The notes: a model not told the origin generated them from the letters alone. Numbered from the stretch's first letter, positions 48,205 through 58,121 are shown. The stretch: DNA of 64,000 nucleotides from Thermoproteota archaeon (GCA_029258885.1 JAPDJW010000002.1:352001-416000), one strand, 5' to 3'. Numbers and translations: made by a program.

Positions 48205-49390
48205 GCCTCTCAAACCTCTCACGGGAATATTTAATAAGTTGACTATAGCTCCAAACCCAACTCCTACCTTTCTCGATATCCACAAAGGAGACTCTGCCAG
48301 TACAGCAGAGGCATGGATCAATAGACCCAAAGATAATGGGTATGTCAGCAATATAAACCACGTAATTCTTTCTTGATGTAAGCATTCTAGCGGCAGCTGG
48401 GATATTTGCTAGGGTCGGTGTCCTAACCTTATACCTATAGGGCTTCTCAGTACCATCGGACATAACGTAATGCAGTAGTTCTCCACGCGGCGCCTCAACC
48501 CTACTTACAGATTCCCCAGGAGGAGGCCTTATGATTATGGGCAGTTTGAGCCTGTATGGTCCCGAGGGCAGATGATCTAAGCTATACCTAATCATGTTAA
48601 TGCATTCGAGAACTTCATCTATTCTTACCAGTATCCTAGCGTAGACGTCACATGTATCGTAAGTTGCAACGTTAAATGGAACTTCATCATGTGCAATATA
48701 GGGATCGTCAGCCCTGACATCATGCTTTATTCCCGAGGCCCTCAAAACTGGTCCGACCGCAAACAGCTCTATGGCTTCCCTGGGCTTAAGTATTCCAACG
48801 TTCTGAGTCCTCATAAGCACCGTCGGTTCCTCCATAATAACCTTCTTAAAGTACTTCGTTCTCTTCTCCAAATAGTCCATGGCTTTTCTAATCTTATGCT
48901 CAATTTGCGGGTTTATATCCCTCCTAACTCCGCCAATAGTATTATACGATGTAACAACACGATTGCCAGTAATAGCCTCTATGACGTCTAGAACCCTCTC
49001 CCTATCCCTCCAGACGTACATGAATAGCGTTTCAAACCCTATTTGGTGAGCCGCTAAGCCGAGCCATAGTAGGTGGCTATGTATTCTACTTAATTCCTCA
49101 ACGATGAGTCTAAGGTATTTAGCTCTAGGAGGTATTTCCTTACCCAGTAGCTGCTCTATGTTCTGAGTATAGCATACCGTGTGAGCAGCATTACAGATGC
49201 CGCATATTCTCTCAGCAAGATATATGCCCTTTAGATAATCCCTATATTCAAATCCCTTTTCAATTCCTCTATGAGTATAGCTAACGTTTATCTCGACGTC
49301 GACAACCTGTTCTCCCTCAACTTTAAACTTCATTAACAGGGGCTCTGGATGAACGGGGTGCTGTGGACCTATAGGTATATAGAAGCTCAT
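48197..49390 (-). CDS. Group 4 [NiFe]-hydrogenase large subunit
   Basis: GPQHP; both Ni-binding motifs (ERICGIC, DPCLCCTGR); 31-aa C-terminal extension. Confidence 0.93.
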   Translation of the reverse strand: MSFYIPIGPQHPVHPEPLLMKFKVEGEQVVDVEINVSYTHRGIEKGFEYRDYLKGIYLAERICGICNAAHTVCYTQNIEQLLGKEIPPRAKYLRLIVEELSRIHSHLLWLGLAAHQIGFETLFMYVWRDRERVLDVIEAITGNRVVTSYNTIGGVRRDINPQIEHKIRKAMDYLEKRTKYFKKVIMEEPTVLMRTQNVGILKPREAIELFAVGPVLRASGIKHDVRADDPYIAHDEVPFNVATYDTCDVYARILVRIDEVLECINMIRYSLDHLPSGPYRLKLPIIIRPPPGESVSRVEAPRGELLHYVMSDGTEKPYRYKVRTPTLANIPAAARMLTSRKNYVVYIADIPIIFGSIDPCLCCTGRVSFVDIEKGRSWVWSYSQLIKYSRERFERHD

Positions 49391-49394
49391 ACGA

Positions 49395-49850
49395 TCACCT
49401 CAACGGCTTGGGGTGTTTGGCTTCATAATCCTTCCTCAGGGGGTATACTCCTTCGGGCCAATTCTCGGGGAGTATAAATCGCTTCAAATTAGGATGACCC
49501 TTAAATACTATCCCAACTAGATCGTGCGCTTCCCTTTCATATAGGTCAACTCCCGGCGCTATATCATACAAGCTATCAATCGAAGGATCCTCGCGGGGTA
49601 TCTTCGCCTTAACAGAGACAGATACGCTGTATCCTACATGAGCTATAACTTCAAAGTGATCCTTTCCATCAAGAGCTGTAATAGCCTCAACAAACTTTAA
49701 ATCCAGATCCTTCAGCAGAAACCTTACCACTTCCTTATAGTCTTCTCTTCTAACCTCAACGAACACTCTCCTCCTCATTGGTATCTCACACTTAATAATT
49801 TTATCTCCAAACTTTTTCTTCAACGCCTCAGCAATCTCCTTTTCATTCAA
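49395..49850 (-). CDS. NuoC-like subunit
   Basis: ERE.HDLVGIVFKGHP, YPLRKD. Confidence 0.9.
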   Translation of the reverse strand: MNEKEIAEALKKKFGDKIIKCEIPMRRRVFVEVRREDYKEVVRFLLKDLDLKFVEAITALDGKDHFEVIAHVGYSVSVSVKAKIPREDPSIDSLYDIAPGVDLYEREAHDLVGIVFKGHPNLKRFILPENWPEGVYPLRKDYEAKHPKPLR

Positions 49851-49856
49851 GCTACC

Positions 49857-50297
49857 TCACCCTTTCATAATCTTCCGAGCTAGGATATTTACGGCCTGAA
49901 CTACTGCCTCGGGCTTAACAGGGCATCCTGAAATATAGGCGTCAACAGGTATTACTTTATCCAAGCTCTCATACACGTTGTAGCATTTCCAGAAGACTCC
50001 ACCGCTTGTGGCACAGGTTCCAGCCGCTACCACAAACTTCGGGTCAGGCATCTGATTATATATTCTTATAAGCCTATCTCTAACCTGCCTAGTGACGGGG
50101 CCTGTGACGATGAGTATATCTGCATGTCTAGGGCTACCCTTAAGAAGCACTCCAAACCTCTCTAAGTCGAACCTCGGCGTTAACGCTGCAACAACTTCTA
50201 TATCGCATGCATTACATGCGCCAGTATTTATGAACAGTATCCAGGGACTTCTTCCCCTAGCCCACCTAATCAGTCTTGCCGTAAACCCCATATCCAA
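49857..50297 (-). CDS. Group 4 hydrogenase small subunit (NuoB-like)
   Basis: GACNACDIE, PRHAD, GTCATSGG, ISGCP. Confidence 0.92.
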   Translation of the reverse strand: MDMGFTARLIRWARGRSPWILFINTGACNACDIEVVAALTPRFDLERFGVLLKGSPRHADILIVTGPVTRQVRDRLIRIYNQMPDPKFVVAAGTCATSGGVFWKCYNVYESLDKVIPVDAYISGCPVKPEAVVQAVNILARKIMKG

Positions 50298-50649
50298 GCC
50301 TCCTCCTCATGAGCACATATAGGGTTAAAAGAACGACTGCAATGTAGAGCACAACCATATATACTACGTTCATTCTAAGGGGATCTTCTCGGGGGATACC
50401 CATTGAAAACACTAGAAGCATGGCCACTATGTCAAAGACCAGGAATAGCGTGGCATACTGGAAGAAGATTATTTTCATCGGAACTTTCTCTGGCGGAAAG
50501 TATTCTCCGCAGGCGTAGGGCGCCACTTTATCCTTGTTTGGTCTAAATGGAGGCGCTATCTTTCTGCCAAGGTAATATATTGAAAGCGTAGTTAATAGAG
50601 CGAGGAAAAAGGCGAAGACTGGTGAGGCAATAATTTCTAGAAAGTCCAT
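50266..50649 (-). CDS. NuoA-like subunit
   Basis: KVAPYACGE, LFLVFDI. Confidence 0.85.
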   Translation of the reverse strand: MDFLEIIASPVFAFFLALLTTLSIYYLGRKIAPPFRPNKDKVAPYACGEYFPPEKVPMKIIFFQYATLFLVFDIVAMLLVFSMGIPREDPLRMNVVYMVVLYIAVVLLTLYVLMRRRLGYGVYGKTD

Positions 50650-50816
50650 GTATAGCCACCTACATTAATCGCTAATTTATATGTTTATATATAAGTTTTC
50701 TCTCTTTATAGATACTACTTTGCATAAAGTTTTAAATATCATAACTTCTTTCACGTTTACATAGTTGATCATAGTAGAATGATTATATAAAATCTAGGAT
50801 ATATTACTGTAAAGAG

Positions 50817-51845
50817 TCAGCATATTCTCGGAACTATTTCTCCGAATGGTCTTTCAATCACCCTTACGCCACCTACCACTGTTTTAAGAAATACTTTTCC
50901 AATAGGCTCTCTCCTGACTTCACCGATGATTTCAGCATGTTTATATCCATTATTCCTAAGCTCCTCTACAAGATCCTTAGCATCCTCACTGCTTACACAG
51001 AGTACGGCCACCCCTTCAGAAGCGAGAACTAACGGATCTATTCCCATCATCTCTCCATACGCTTTAACGGACTCCCTTATAGGGATTTTATCCTCATACA
51101 CTATTATGGAGGTACCCGATTTCCTAGCCATCTCATTTAAAGCCATGGCTAGTCCTCCCCTAGTGGGATCCTTGGCGGCAACTACGTTATATTTTAAGGC
51201 TATATCCATAACTTTGGTTAACGTAGCTACATCGGACTTCAGCTCCCCGCTAACGCCGAGTCCAAGCTGGCAGGCCATTATAGTTGCGCCGTGATCGCCT
51301 ACATAGCCTGATACAACAATAGAGTATCCAGGCCTTAAGTTCGAGTCCTTCAACAGTTTATTAGCTATTCCTATACCGGTAGTGGATATAACTATCCCAT
51401 CTACAGAGCCCTTAGGCATAACTTTAAAGTCTCCACCTATCAGTGCTACGCTCTCCTTTTCAAGTACTCGTGTAAAGGAGGTCATTATTTTCTCAAAATC
51501 GTCTATGCTAAATCCCTCCTCAACAACTATCGAATCCATCACTGCGATAGGTTTGGCACCCATTACAGCAACGTCATTTATTGATCCGGCAGCTGCAAGC
51601 TTGCCTATATCGCCTCCCGGAAAAAATATGGGCTTTACGGTGTATACGTCGGTGGATACTACTAGGTGTCTCTCTTCGCCGCCTATTTTTAACGGTATGG
51701 TTGAGCCATCATCAAGTTCGTCTAAACCTATTCCATCCGGAACCTTCCATAGCTTAGCCTTAGGCCTAATGATATTCTCTATAATCTCTTGAGTCTCAAC
51801 GCCGCCAGAACCGTGGGCGAGGGTAAATCTTTCCATAGTATACAT
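50817..51845 (-). CDS. hypE: Hydrogenase maturation protein HypE
   Basis: LAHGSGG, FFPGGDIGKL, DPTRGG, C-terminal PRIC. Confidence 0.95.
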   Translation of the reverse strand: MYTMERFTLAHGSGGVETQEIIENIIRPKAKLWKVPDGIGLDELDDGSTIPLKIGGEERHLVVSTDVYTVKPIFFPGGDIGKLAAAGSINDVAVMGAKPIAVMDSIVVEEGFSIDDFEKIMTSFTRVLEKESVALIGGDFKVMPKGSVDGIVISTTGIGIANKLLKDSNLRPGYSIVVSGYVGDHGATIMACQLGLGVSGELKSDVATLTKVMDIALKYNVVAAKDPTRGGLAMALNEMARKSGTSIIVYEDKIPIRESVKAYGEMMGIDPLVLASEGVAVLCVSSEDAKDLVEELRNNGYKHAEIIGEVRREPIGKVFLKTVVGGVRVIERPFGEIVPRIC

Positions 51846-51935
51846 AGGCGTTTATCCCTAATATTAAAGTACTGGAGGGTTATGCTTAAGGGTATACTTA
51901 TTTATTGCAGGCATATAATTTGATGAGGTGAATGC

Positions 51936-52334
51936 GTGGTTCACGAGTGGGCTCTAGCTGAAGCTATTATAAAAACTCTTGAGCAACATATTCCCAATAG
52001 CTGTGGAAGGAAAATATCTTACGTTGAGATAGTTGTGGGGAGCCTACAGGCCATAGATATCGACATATTAAAGTTCGCCGTAAACGAGCTGGCTAGAAAT
52101 AGGCAGATGAAGATAGCTAAAATCAACTATGTATCCGAGGATGCAAAATTTAAATGTAGGCGATGCGGCAACACCTGGAGTTTGAGCGAGATGAGTCTAA
52201 GCGATGAAGATAGAGAGTTGATACATTTCATTCCCGAAGCAGTATACGCTATAGTTTCCTGTGGTAAATGTGGTAGTCGGGATTTCGACATTATCAGTGG
52301 AAGGGGAGTCTATATATCGAGAATAGAGGTGTAG
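51936..52334 (+). CDS. hypA: Ni insertion protein HypA
   Basis: MVHE..LA, CRRC / CGKC. Confidence 0.93.
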   Translation: MVHEWALAEAIIKTLEQHIPNSCGRKISYVEIVVGSLQAIDIDILKFAVNELARNRQMKIAKINYVSEDAKFKCRRCGNTWSLSEMSLSDEDRELIHFIPEAVYAIVSCGKCGSRDFDIISGRGVYISRIEV

Positions 52335-52337
52335 ATC

Positions 52338-53084
52338 GTGATTGACCCGAGGATTAGCATTATAGAGGATAGGTTTAGGAATGTAAAATCAATATTATGT
52401 ATAGTAAGTAGCAAAGGCGGAGTTGGAAAAACCCTCTTCTCATGTGCTTCGGCGCTGGTCCTAGGTAAAATGAACTATAGCGTTGGTCTTCTGGATCTAG
52501 ATTTTACAAACCCTTCCTGTCACATAGTTTTAGGAGTAAACCTGGAGGACTATATGCCAGTTGAAGATAAAGGTATAGTCCCGAGAAAAATCCACGGGAT
52601 ATACTTCATAACCATGGCATTCTATACTCGAGACGAGCCGTTGCCGCTTAGGGGACAGTATGTGGATGAGGCATTTAAGGAGCTCCTAGCTATAACCAGG
52701 TGGCCGGATATAGATTTCCTTATAATAGACATGCCTCCTGGAATAAGGGACGAGATACTTAATGTTTTCAAATTTATACCTAAAGCCTCCTTTGTGGTTA
52801 TTTCAACGCCAGATATATTAAGCATAAAATCGGCTGAAAGGCTATTAAAGCTGTTGAAGGAGTCTGGAGTCGATGTTATAGGAATACTATGTAATATGTG
52901 TAGGGATAACGAGAAACCCATAGTTAATCTTGCACAAAAAATGGGCGTCATGTATCTGGGAAAAGTAGGTTTCTACGATGATATAGCAGCTAAGATAGGG
53001 GAACCCGCAGGGCTAGTTAATCACAAGTTCTCAGATGATGTAAAAAATATCATTATTAAGATTATTAATGGGAAAGCTACTTAA
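52338..53084 (+). CDS. Mrp/NBP35-family ATPase, probably ATPase-type HypB as in Thermococcales
   Basis: SKGGVGKT, LDLDF, IDMPPG; directly downstream of hypA. Confidence 0.82.
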   Translation: MIDPRISIIEDRFRNVKSILCIVSSKGGVGKTLFSCASALVLGKMNYSVGLLDLDFTNPSCHIVLGVNLEDYMPVEDKGIVPRKIHGIYFITMAFYTRDEPLPLRGQYVDEAFKELLAITRWPDIDFLIIDMPPGIRDEILNVFKFIPKASFVVISTPDILSIKSAERLLKLLKESGVDVIGILCNMCRDNEKPIVNLAQKMGVMYLGKVGFYDDIAAKIGEPAGLVNHKFSDDVKNIIIKIINGKAT

Positions 53085-53328
53085 GAGAGTATGTTTGATG
53101 CTTAACTAAAACATATTCCAGCATTTCACTCCAGTACTTTAAGGCATCCTCAACGTATTTTCTATCGACTCTTTCTATGGCTGCTCCAGCGTGGACTATA
53201 ACGTAGTCGCCTGGCTTAATGTCTGGAATAAGGCTTAAATCAACTTCTCTCGTTATACCGCCGAAGTCAACTATCCCTAATCCTTCCTCAAGTATCTTAA
53301 CAACTTTTCCCGGTACTCCTAGGCACAT
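53077..53328 (-). CDS. hypC: HypC/HupF hydrogenase chaperone
   Basis: MCLGVPGKV, GDYVIVHAG. Confidence 0.95.
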   Translation of the reverse strand: MCLGVPGKVVKILEEGLGIVDFGGITREVDLSLIPDIKPGDYVIVHAGAAIERVDRKYVEDALKYWSEMLEYVLVKHQTYSLK

Positions 53329-53330
53329 GG

Positions 53331-53807
53331 TTACTCCTGAGCCTGCTCCTCCACTTCTTTAGCCATTTCTTCAATTATTGGCTGTAGCATGGCAAGCGTC
53401 TTTATAACCTGGGCTACCAAGATATATTTTTTGGTGGCTAAATCCTTAATCGTCTTAATTGCAAACGCTTTCTTAAGAAGCTCAGCATCTCTCTCCGAAA
53501 CACCGCTTAAAGCTGAGACTGGAGCATTAACTAACTCCTTGGGACTTTTATCCTCAAAAGCCTTATCCAATGCAGCCTCCCATACATCAGCTAGAGCCAC
53601 TATGGCCTGGGCAAGCTTCACGTACTTATTATCTGCTAGATCTCTTATCGTTTTAATATTAAATGCTTCCTTAAGTAGTTCAGCGTCTTTTTCAGACACA
53701 CCCTTAATGGCTGAGACTGGAGCATCTAACAAATCTCTTGGAGGCAGATGTGCAAACTTCTTATCTACAAGCAATCCTAGGTTCCACTCCGTAGACATTA
53801 GCTTCAC
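53331..53807 (-). CDS. Conserved hypothetical protein made of two ~62-aa helix-hairpin-helix-like repeats
   Basis: APVSAIKGVSEKDAELLKEAFNIKTIRDLA vs APVSALSGVSERDAELLKKAFAIKTIKDLA. Confidence 0.8.
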   Translation of the reverse strand: MKLMSTEWNLGLLVDKKFAHLPPRDLLDAPVSAIKGVSEKDAELLKEAFNIKTIRDLADNKYVKLAQAIVALADVWEAALDKAFEDKSPKELVNAPVSALSGVSERDAELLKKAFAIKTIKDLATKKYILVAQVIKTLAMLQPIIEEMAKEVEEQAQE

Positions 53808-53911
53808 CTAAAATCTTAAAATGTTTTACGATTAAAAATGTTATGCTTTGAGCTAAACGATTAAATAATAAAATTCAAATAGTCTGTAGAATTGAAATAT
53901 TTGGGTGAAAA

Positions 53912-54553
53912 ATGCTCAGAACGTTCTACTTATTCAACATGTTTATGGATTGGCTCAGCGCCATAATTTTCTTTGCAGTTGGTTATCTAGCATATAGGGG
54001 GCTTAAGCTAACTAAAGCCAAGATATTTCTATTCCATACGAGTGGATTTATGCTTCAATTCCTAGGGTTGCTGACGCACGGCATAGTAATGCTAACAGTA
54101 TTTCTATACTACCCGTTAACGGGGACATTTCCTAAGTTAAAGCTTGTATTCTTAGTCTTCTCTATAGCTAAGATGGTGTACTATATATTGACGGCTGTTG
54201 GTTATCTAATAATAGCGCTCGGATACGCTCTTAGGAAAAGCGAGAAGTACCGTATTCTATCAACAGCGCCAATACTTCCGTTAATCCTAAATACGAACTT
54301 TGAGGCCTTTAACTCAGCCCTAACACTTGTGCTCGTGTTAGAAGCGGCAGCCGTTTATCTTGAGAATAGGGAGAGGGATTCGCTTAAGATACTGATGGCG
54401 TTTATTCTGATGTTTATAAGCCATGCTTTAAGCCTAATAGCTATCATAGGGACATTAGAATTAATCTTCATTGCCGCTAGGATTAGCAGGTACGTTGGGG
54501 CAATACTGTTCCTAATGTTCTTGAGAGGGGTGTTGAGGAGAGTTGAAGGCTAG
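53912..54553 (+). CDS. Multi-pass membrane protein (about 6-7 TM)
   Basis: Hydrophobic segments; overlaps the downstream wHTH gene. Confidence 0.7.
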   Translation: MLRTFYLFNMFMDWLSAIIFFAVGYLAYRGLKLTKAKIFLFHTSGFMLQFLGLLTHGIVMLTVFLYYPLTGTFPKLKLVFLVFSIAKMVYYILTAVGYLIIALGYALRKSEKYRILSTAPILPLILNTNFEAFNSALTLVLVLEAAAVYLENRERDSLKILMAFILMFISHALSLIAIIGTLELIFIAARISRYVGAILFLMFLRGVLRRVEG

Positions 54554-54830
54554 GAGAGTTGAAAGGAGGTCTCAGATAAAGATCATCGCAGATATCTTAG
54601 ATGCAATAGTTAAAGTGGGCGATGCCAGGGTAACCTATATTCTAACGGCGGCCAATTTGTCGTATGATAGGCTTCAAAGATATCTAAATTTATTGCTTAG
54701 GCAGGGATTAATTCTTGAACGCGTAGAAAACGACGTTAAAATATATAGCATAACTAAGAAAGGTTTGGATTTTCTAAGAGAGTTTAAGAGAATAGAGGAG
54801 TTCGCTAAGGCATTCGGAATACCTGTGTAA
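54543..54830 (+). CDS. Archaeal wHTH transcriptional regulator
   Basis: RRSQIKIIADIL...TYILTAANLSY..LQRYL...YSITKKG. Confidence 0.85.
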   Translation: MKARRVERRSQIKIIADILDAIVKVGDARVTYILTAANLSYDRLQRYLNLLLRQGLILERVENDVKIYSITKKGLDFLREFKRIEEFAKAFGIPV

Positions 54831-54902
54831 AAATCAATATAATAGTATGGTGTAATTAATCGAGTAACTGTTCTTCGAAGCTATCGGACGGGTTGATTAT
54901 CG

Positions 54903-55464
54903 ATGATCCCTTTGACCGATTTCCTTATGCCGTTTATCATCGTATGTTTAGCTGAACTAGGCGATAAGACCCAGTTAGCTATTTTCTGTCTATCGCTTAA
55001 GACTAGTAAAAGATTTCAGGTACTAGTTGGTTCAATCGCAGCATTTATAGTAAGTGATGGTATTGCGGTTGTTCTCGGCGACCTCGTATCCTCGGTTATA
55101 CCCATTTACTATATAAAGCTCTTTATAATCCTCGGCGGCGCTCTTTATAATCCTCGGAGCAACTTTAATTAGAGGGTGCGAGGAGGGGGACACAATAACT
55201 GAGTCTAAAAATCCTTTACTTACGAGCTTCACTGTCGTCTTCCTATCCGAACTAGGTGATAAGACTCAGCTGGCTTCAGGTCTACTTGCATCTATGTATA
55301 ACACATACTGTGTTTTCATCGGAGTTATCCTAGCATTGTCGCTACTAGCCTGCCTATCAGTCTTCATAGGGAAGGTTCTTGCGAATAAAGTTGCTATGAA
55401 AAAGCTTATGCTTATAGCTGGAATCACATTGATACTTGCTGGAATATATATCGTATTCACGTAA
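54903..55464 (+). pseudogene. TMEM165/GDT1 (UPF0016) Mn2+/Ca2+ transporter, frameshifted
   Basis: AELGDKTQL in the first frame and SELGDKTQL in the +1 frame; shift at an 18-bp direct repeat. Confidence 0.88.
55118..55157 (+). repeat. 18-bp direct repeat GCTCTTTATAATCCTCGG, 22-bp period
   Basis: Copies at 55118 and 55140. Confidence 0.85.
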
Positions 55465-55604
55465 GTAAGTGACGTCTCCAATTATAATCAAACAATGCTA
55501 TCAATATTCATTTTCTCTAGATACTACATTATATTTTAAAGTTTTCTTAGCATAAAACTAAAATTCCTGCGTTTCCCCATAACGGTAGATACTAAAAGCG
55601 ATAG

Positions 55605-57383
55605 GTGAGCTCCTTGAGACAGAGCATGAGAGACGTGTTCAGGACGATCAGTATGCAAATTACCGAGCGTTTGACGTACCTTTATAAGTGGGTTATATTA
55701 GCGTCTGCTGTCGGCATAGTCTCAGGAGTTGGCGCAATAATCTTTAAAGAGCTAGTCGAATTTTCAACATACTTCTTTCTAGGAACTATTATGGGGTATA
55801 GGGTCGATGCTGGGAGGGGAACCATAACTATCGAAAGAAGCTGGCTTATTCCAATCGTAGTGGGAGTAGGCGGGATACTATCGGGAATTATCACATATAC
55901 CTTAGCGCCTGAAACAGAGGGACATGGAACAGACTCAGTCATAAAGTCAATTCATAGGCTTGCTGGCGAAATAAGGAGCAGAGTTCCTATAGTAAAGGCT
56001 GTTTCTACTGCCTTCACGCTTGGATCAGGAGGAAGCGCAGGAAAGGAGGGGCCAATTGCCCAAATAGGAGCAGGCTTTGGTTCACTACTTGGAAGTCTGC
56101 TTAAGCTATCAAGTAGAGACAGAAAAATTCTGGTTGTCTGTGGTGTAGCTGGCGGTATAGGAAGCGTATTTAAAGCCCCCTTTGGAGCTGGAATCTTCTC
56201 AGTTGAAGTATTGTACCTACAGGATATAGAGGTTGAGGCAATTATTCCAGCCTTTATATCATCAATAATAGCATACGTAATTTTCGCTTCAGTATATGGA
56301 ACATCGCATATGTTTAGTCTCGGCAATGTATCATTCAATCCCATAGTGGAACTTCCTTTCTACTTCTTGCTTGGAATAGTGCTGGGAGTTTCCGCCATAG
56401 CCTACATTAAAGTGTTTTATGCAGTACACTTCTTCTTTAAGAAGCTACGTATTAAAGATCACGTGAAGCCAGCTATAGGTGGACTCATAGCTGGGCTTAT
56501 AGGCATAGCGTATCCACGAACATTAGGCTCAGGCTATGAACACATTCAACTAGCCCTAACTGATAAGCTACCCTACTTCGACTACCTTACTACACCTATT
56601 TTCAAGATACTAGCTACGGCGTTCACAATAGGTTCTGGCGGCAGCGGAGGAGTATTCGCCCCTTCACTCGTAATAGGCGGGCTACTGGGAGGAGCCTTCG
56701 CCAAGACTGTGGATGCATTGATTCCCGGCGCGAATCTAAATACCGCCGCCTTTATAATAATTGGAATGATGAGCTTCTTTGCTGCGGCTGGTAAGGTTCC
56801 TTTAGCTTCTATAATTATGGTTGCTGAAATGACTAGTGGATACGAGTTAATGGTTCCAGCTATAGTTTCATCGACCATCGCATACATAATATCTATGAAA
56901 ACCACGATATACATTAATCAAATACCCCATAGACTAGGCGAGAAGCTGGTTATGCTCGAGGACGTATATAATATCATAGTTAGGTCGGAACCCTACATCC
57001 TGCAAACAGAGGCTGAAAAGATGATGGTAAAGCCTATAGCTGTACTCAAGGAGAATATGAAGATTAAGGACGTCCTAAAAATGGTTAGTAAGTATAATTA
57101 TAGAGTATATCCGGTAGTTGATGGGAATGGAATCTTTACAGGATACATCTGCCTTGAGGAGTTGATAACGGTAAGTAGGAGAGCCCGCAACCTAAGCTTA
57201 GAGTACATGAGGATACATTCAGGGCTTGCGTTCAGCAAACATACGCCGCTGAAGAAGATTATAGATGAAATGATAAACCACGGGGTTGACAAGGTTTTCA
57301 TAACGGATGATAATGGAAAGTTGATAGGAATTATAACGATTAAGGATATCCTAAGATTTCTTACATATAAAGAAATTAAGTAA
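55605..57383 (+). CDS. CLC-family chloride channel/transporter with two CBS domains
   Basis: GHGTD, GKEGP, GGVFAP, TIY motifs; C-terminal CBS pair. Confidence 0.92.
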   Translation: MSSLRQSMRDVFRTISMQITERLTYLYKWVILASAVGIVSGVGAIIFKELVEFSTYFFLGTIMGYRVDAGRGTITIERSWLIPIVVGVGGILSGIITYTLAPETEGHGTDSVIKSIHRLAGEIRSRVPIVKAVSTAFTLGSGGSAGKEGPIAQIGAGFGSLLGSLLKLSSRDRKILVVCGVAGGIGSVFKAPFGAGIFSVEVLYLQDIEVEAIIPAFISSIIAYVIFASVYGTSHMFSLGNVSFNPIVELPFYFLLGIVLGVSAIAYIKVFYAVHFFFKKLRIKDHVKPAIGGLIAGLIGIAYPRTLGSGYEHIQLALTDKLPYFDYLTTPIFKILATAFTIGSGGSGGVFAPSLVIGGLLGGAFAKTVDALIPGANLNTAAFIIIGMMSFFAAAGKVPLASIIMVAEMTSGYELMVPAIVSSTIAYIISMKTTIYINQIPHRLGEKLVMLEDVYNIIVRSEPYILQTEAEKMMVKPIAVLKENMKIKDVLKMVSKYNYRVYPVVDGNGIFTGYICLEELITVSRRARNLSLEYMRIHSGLAFSKHTPLKKIIDEMINHGVDKVFITDDNGKLIGIITIKDILRFLTYKEIK

Positions 57384-57597
57384 ATGGTAGGATCCGTAAA
57401 TATTTTAAGTAAATCACCTACCTCTAGTTTTAGGCAGCGTCTGCAGTACTAGGCAGAGGACATAGATAAAACTTAGACTTGTTATTCGCCAAAATATAGT
57501 AGTTAGCGATGATACATACGCAATATATTCTTAGCGGATGTGAAGGCAGGTAGATAAAGCTATATATGAGGATTTAATTGAGGAGAATAGGTGAATA

Positions 57598-57876
57598 ATG
57601 GAGACAATAGATACTCATGTTAAATGTCCTTCCTGCGGCCGTGTAGTTCCTAAGGGAACTTACTGTATATATTGTGGATCTCCCCTAGATAGGGCGACAC
57701 CTGTTGAAATAGTTAAAGAAGCCAGAGGTGAGGTAGAGGAGAAGAGCTTTAATGAAATAGTTATAAACAGACTTGAGAAATTAGAGAAGCTTCTCGAAGG
57801 AGTAAAGGTTTGCCCTAAGTGCGGCACGCTAGTTAAAGGAAGTAAGTGTAGTGTTTGCGGTACTGAGCTGGAATAA
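57598..57876 (+). CDS. Double zinc-ribbon protein
   Basis: CPSC...CIYC and CPKC...CSVC separated by a helical linker. Confidence 0.75.
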   Translation: METIDTHVKCPSCGRVVPKGTYCIYCGSPLDRATPVEIVKEARGEVEEKSFNEIVINRLEKLEKLLEGVKVCPKCGTLVKGSKCSVCGTELE

Positions 57877-57908
57877 GACTTATTAGCTTGGTAAACTAGT
57901 AAACTCTC

Positions 57909-58121
57909 ATGAAGAAAAAACCTTTTGTAGTTTCAATCAAGAACGTAGATCCTATTCTCTGGTCTAAATTCAAAGCTGAAGCTAGCTTGCTTGGAATACC
58001 TATGGGTGAGGCATTTAATCAAGCAATCAGGCTGTGGCTTTTTAAGGTAACGGATGCTTCTGTTAAAGATAAACTTAGAAAAATATTTGGAGAGGGTATA
58101 GAAGTTGGAGCAAGCATTTAA
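57909..58121 (+). CDS. RHH-like protein, probable antitoxin
   Basis: VSIKNVDPILWSKFKAEA...MGEAFNQAIRLW; overlaps the next gene. Confidence 0.7.
   Translation: MKKKPFVVSIKNVDPILWSKFKAEASLLGIPMGEAFNQAIRLWLFKVTDASVKDKLRKIFGEGIEVGASI

Noticed and set aside
48205-48351. N-terminal 49 aa of the 371-aa NuoH track ORF
   Set aside because: Overlaps the hydrogenase large subunit C-terminus; ATG 48204 gives a normal NuoH length.
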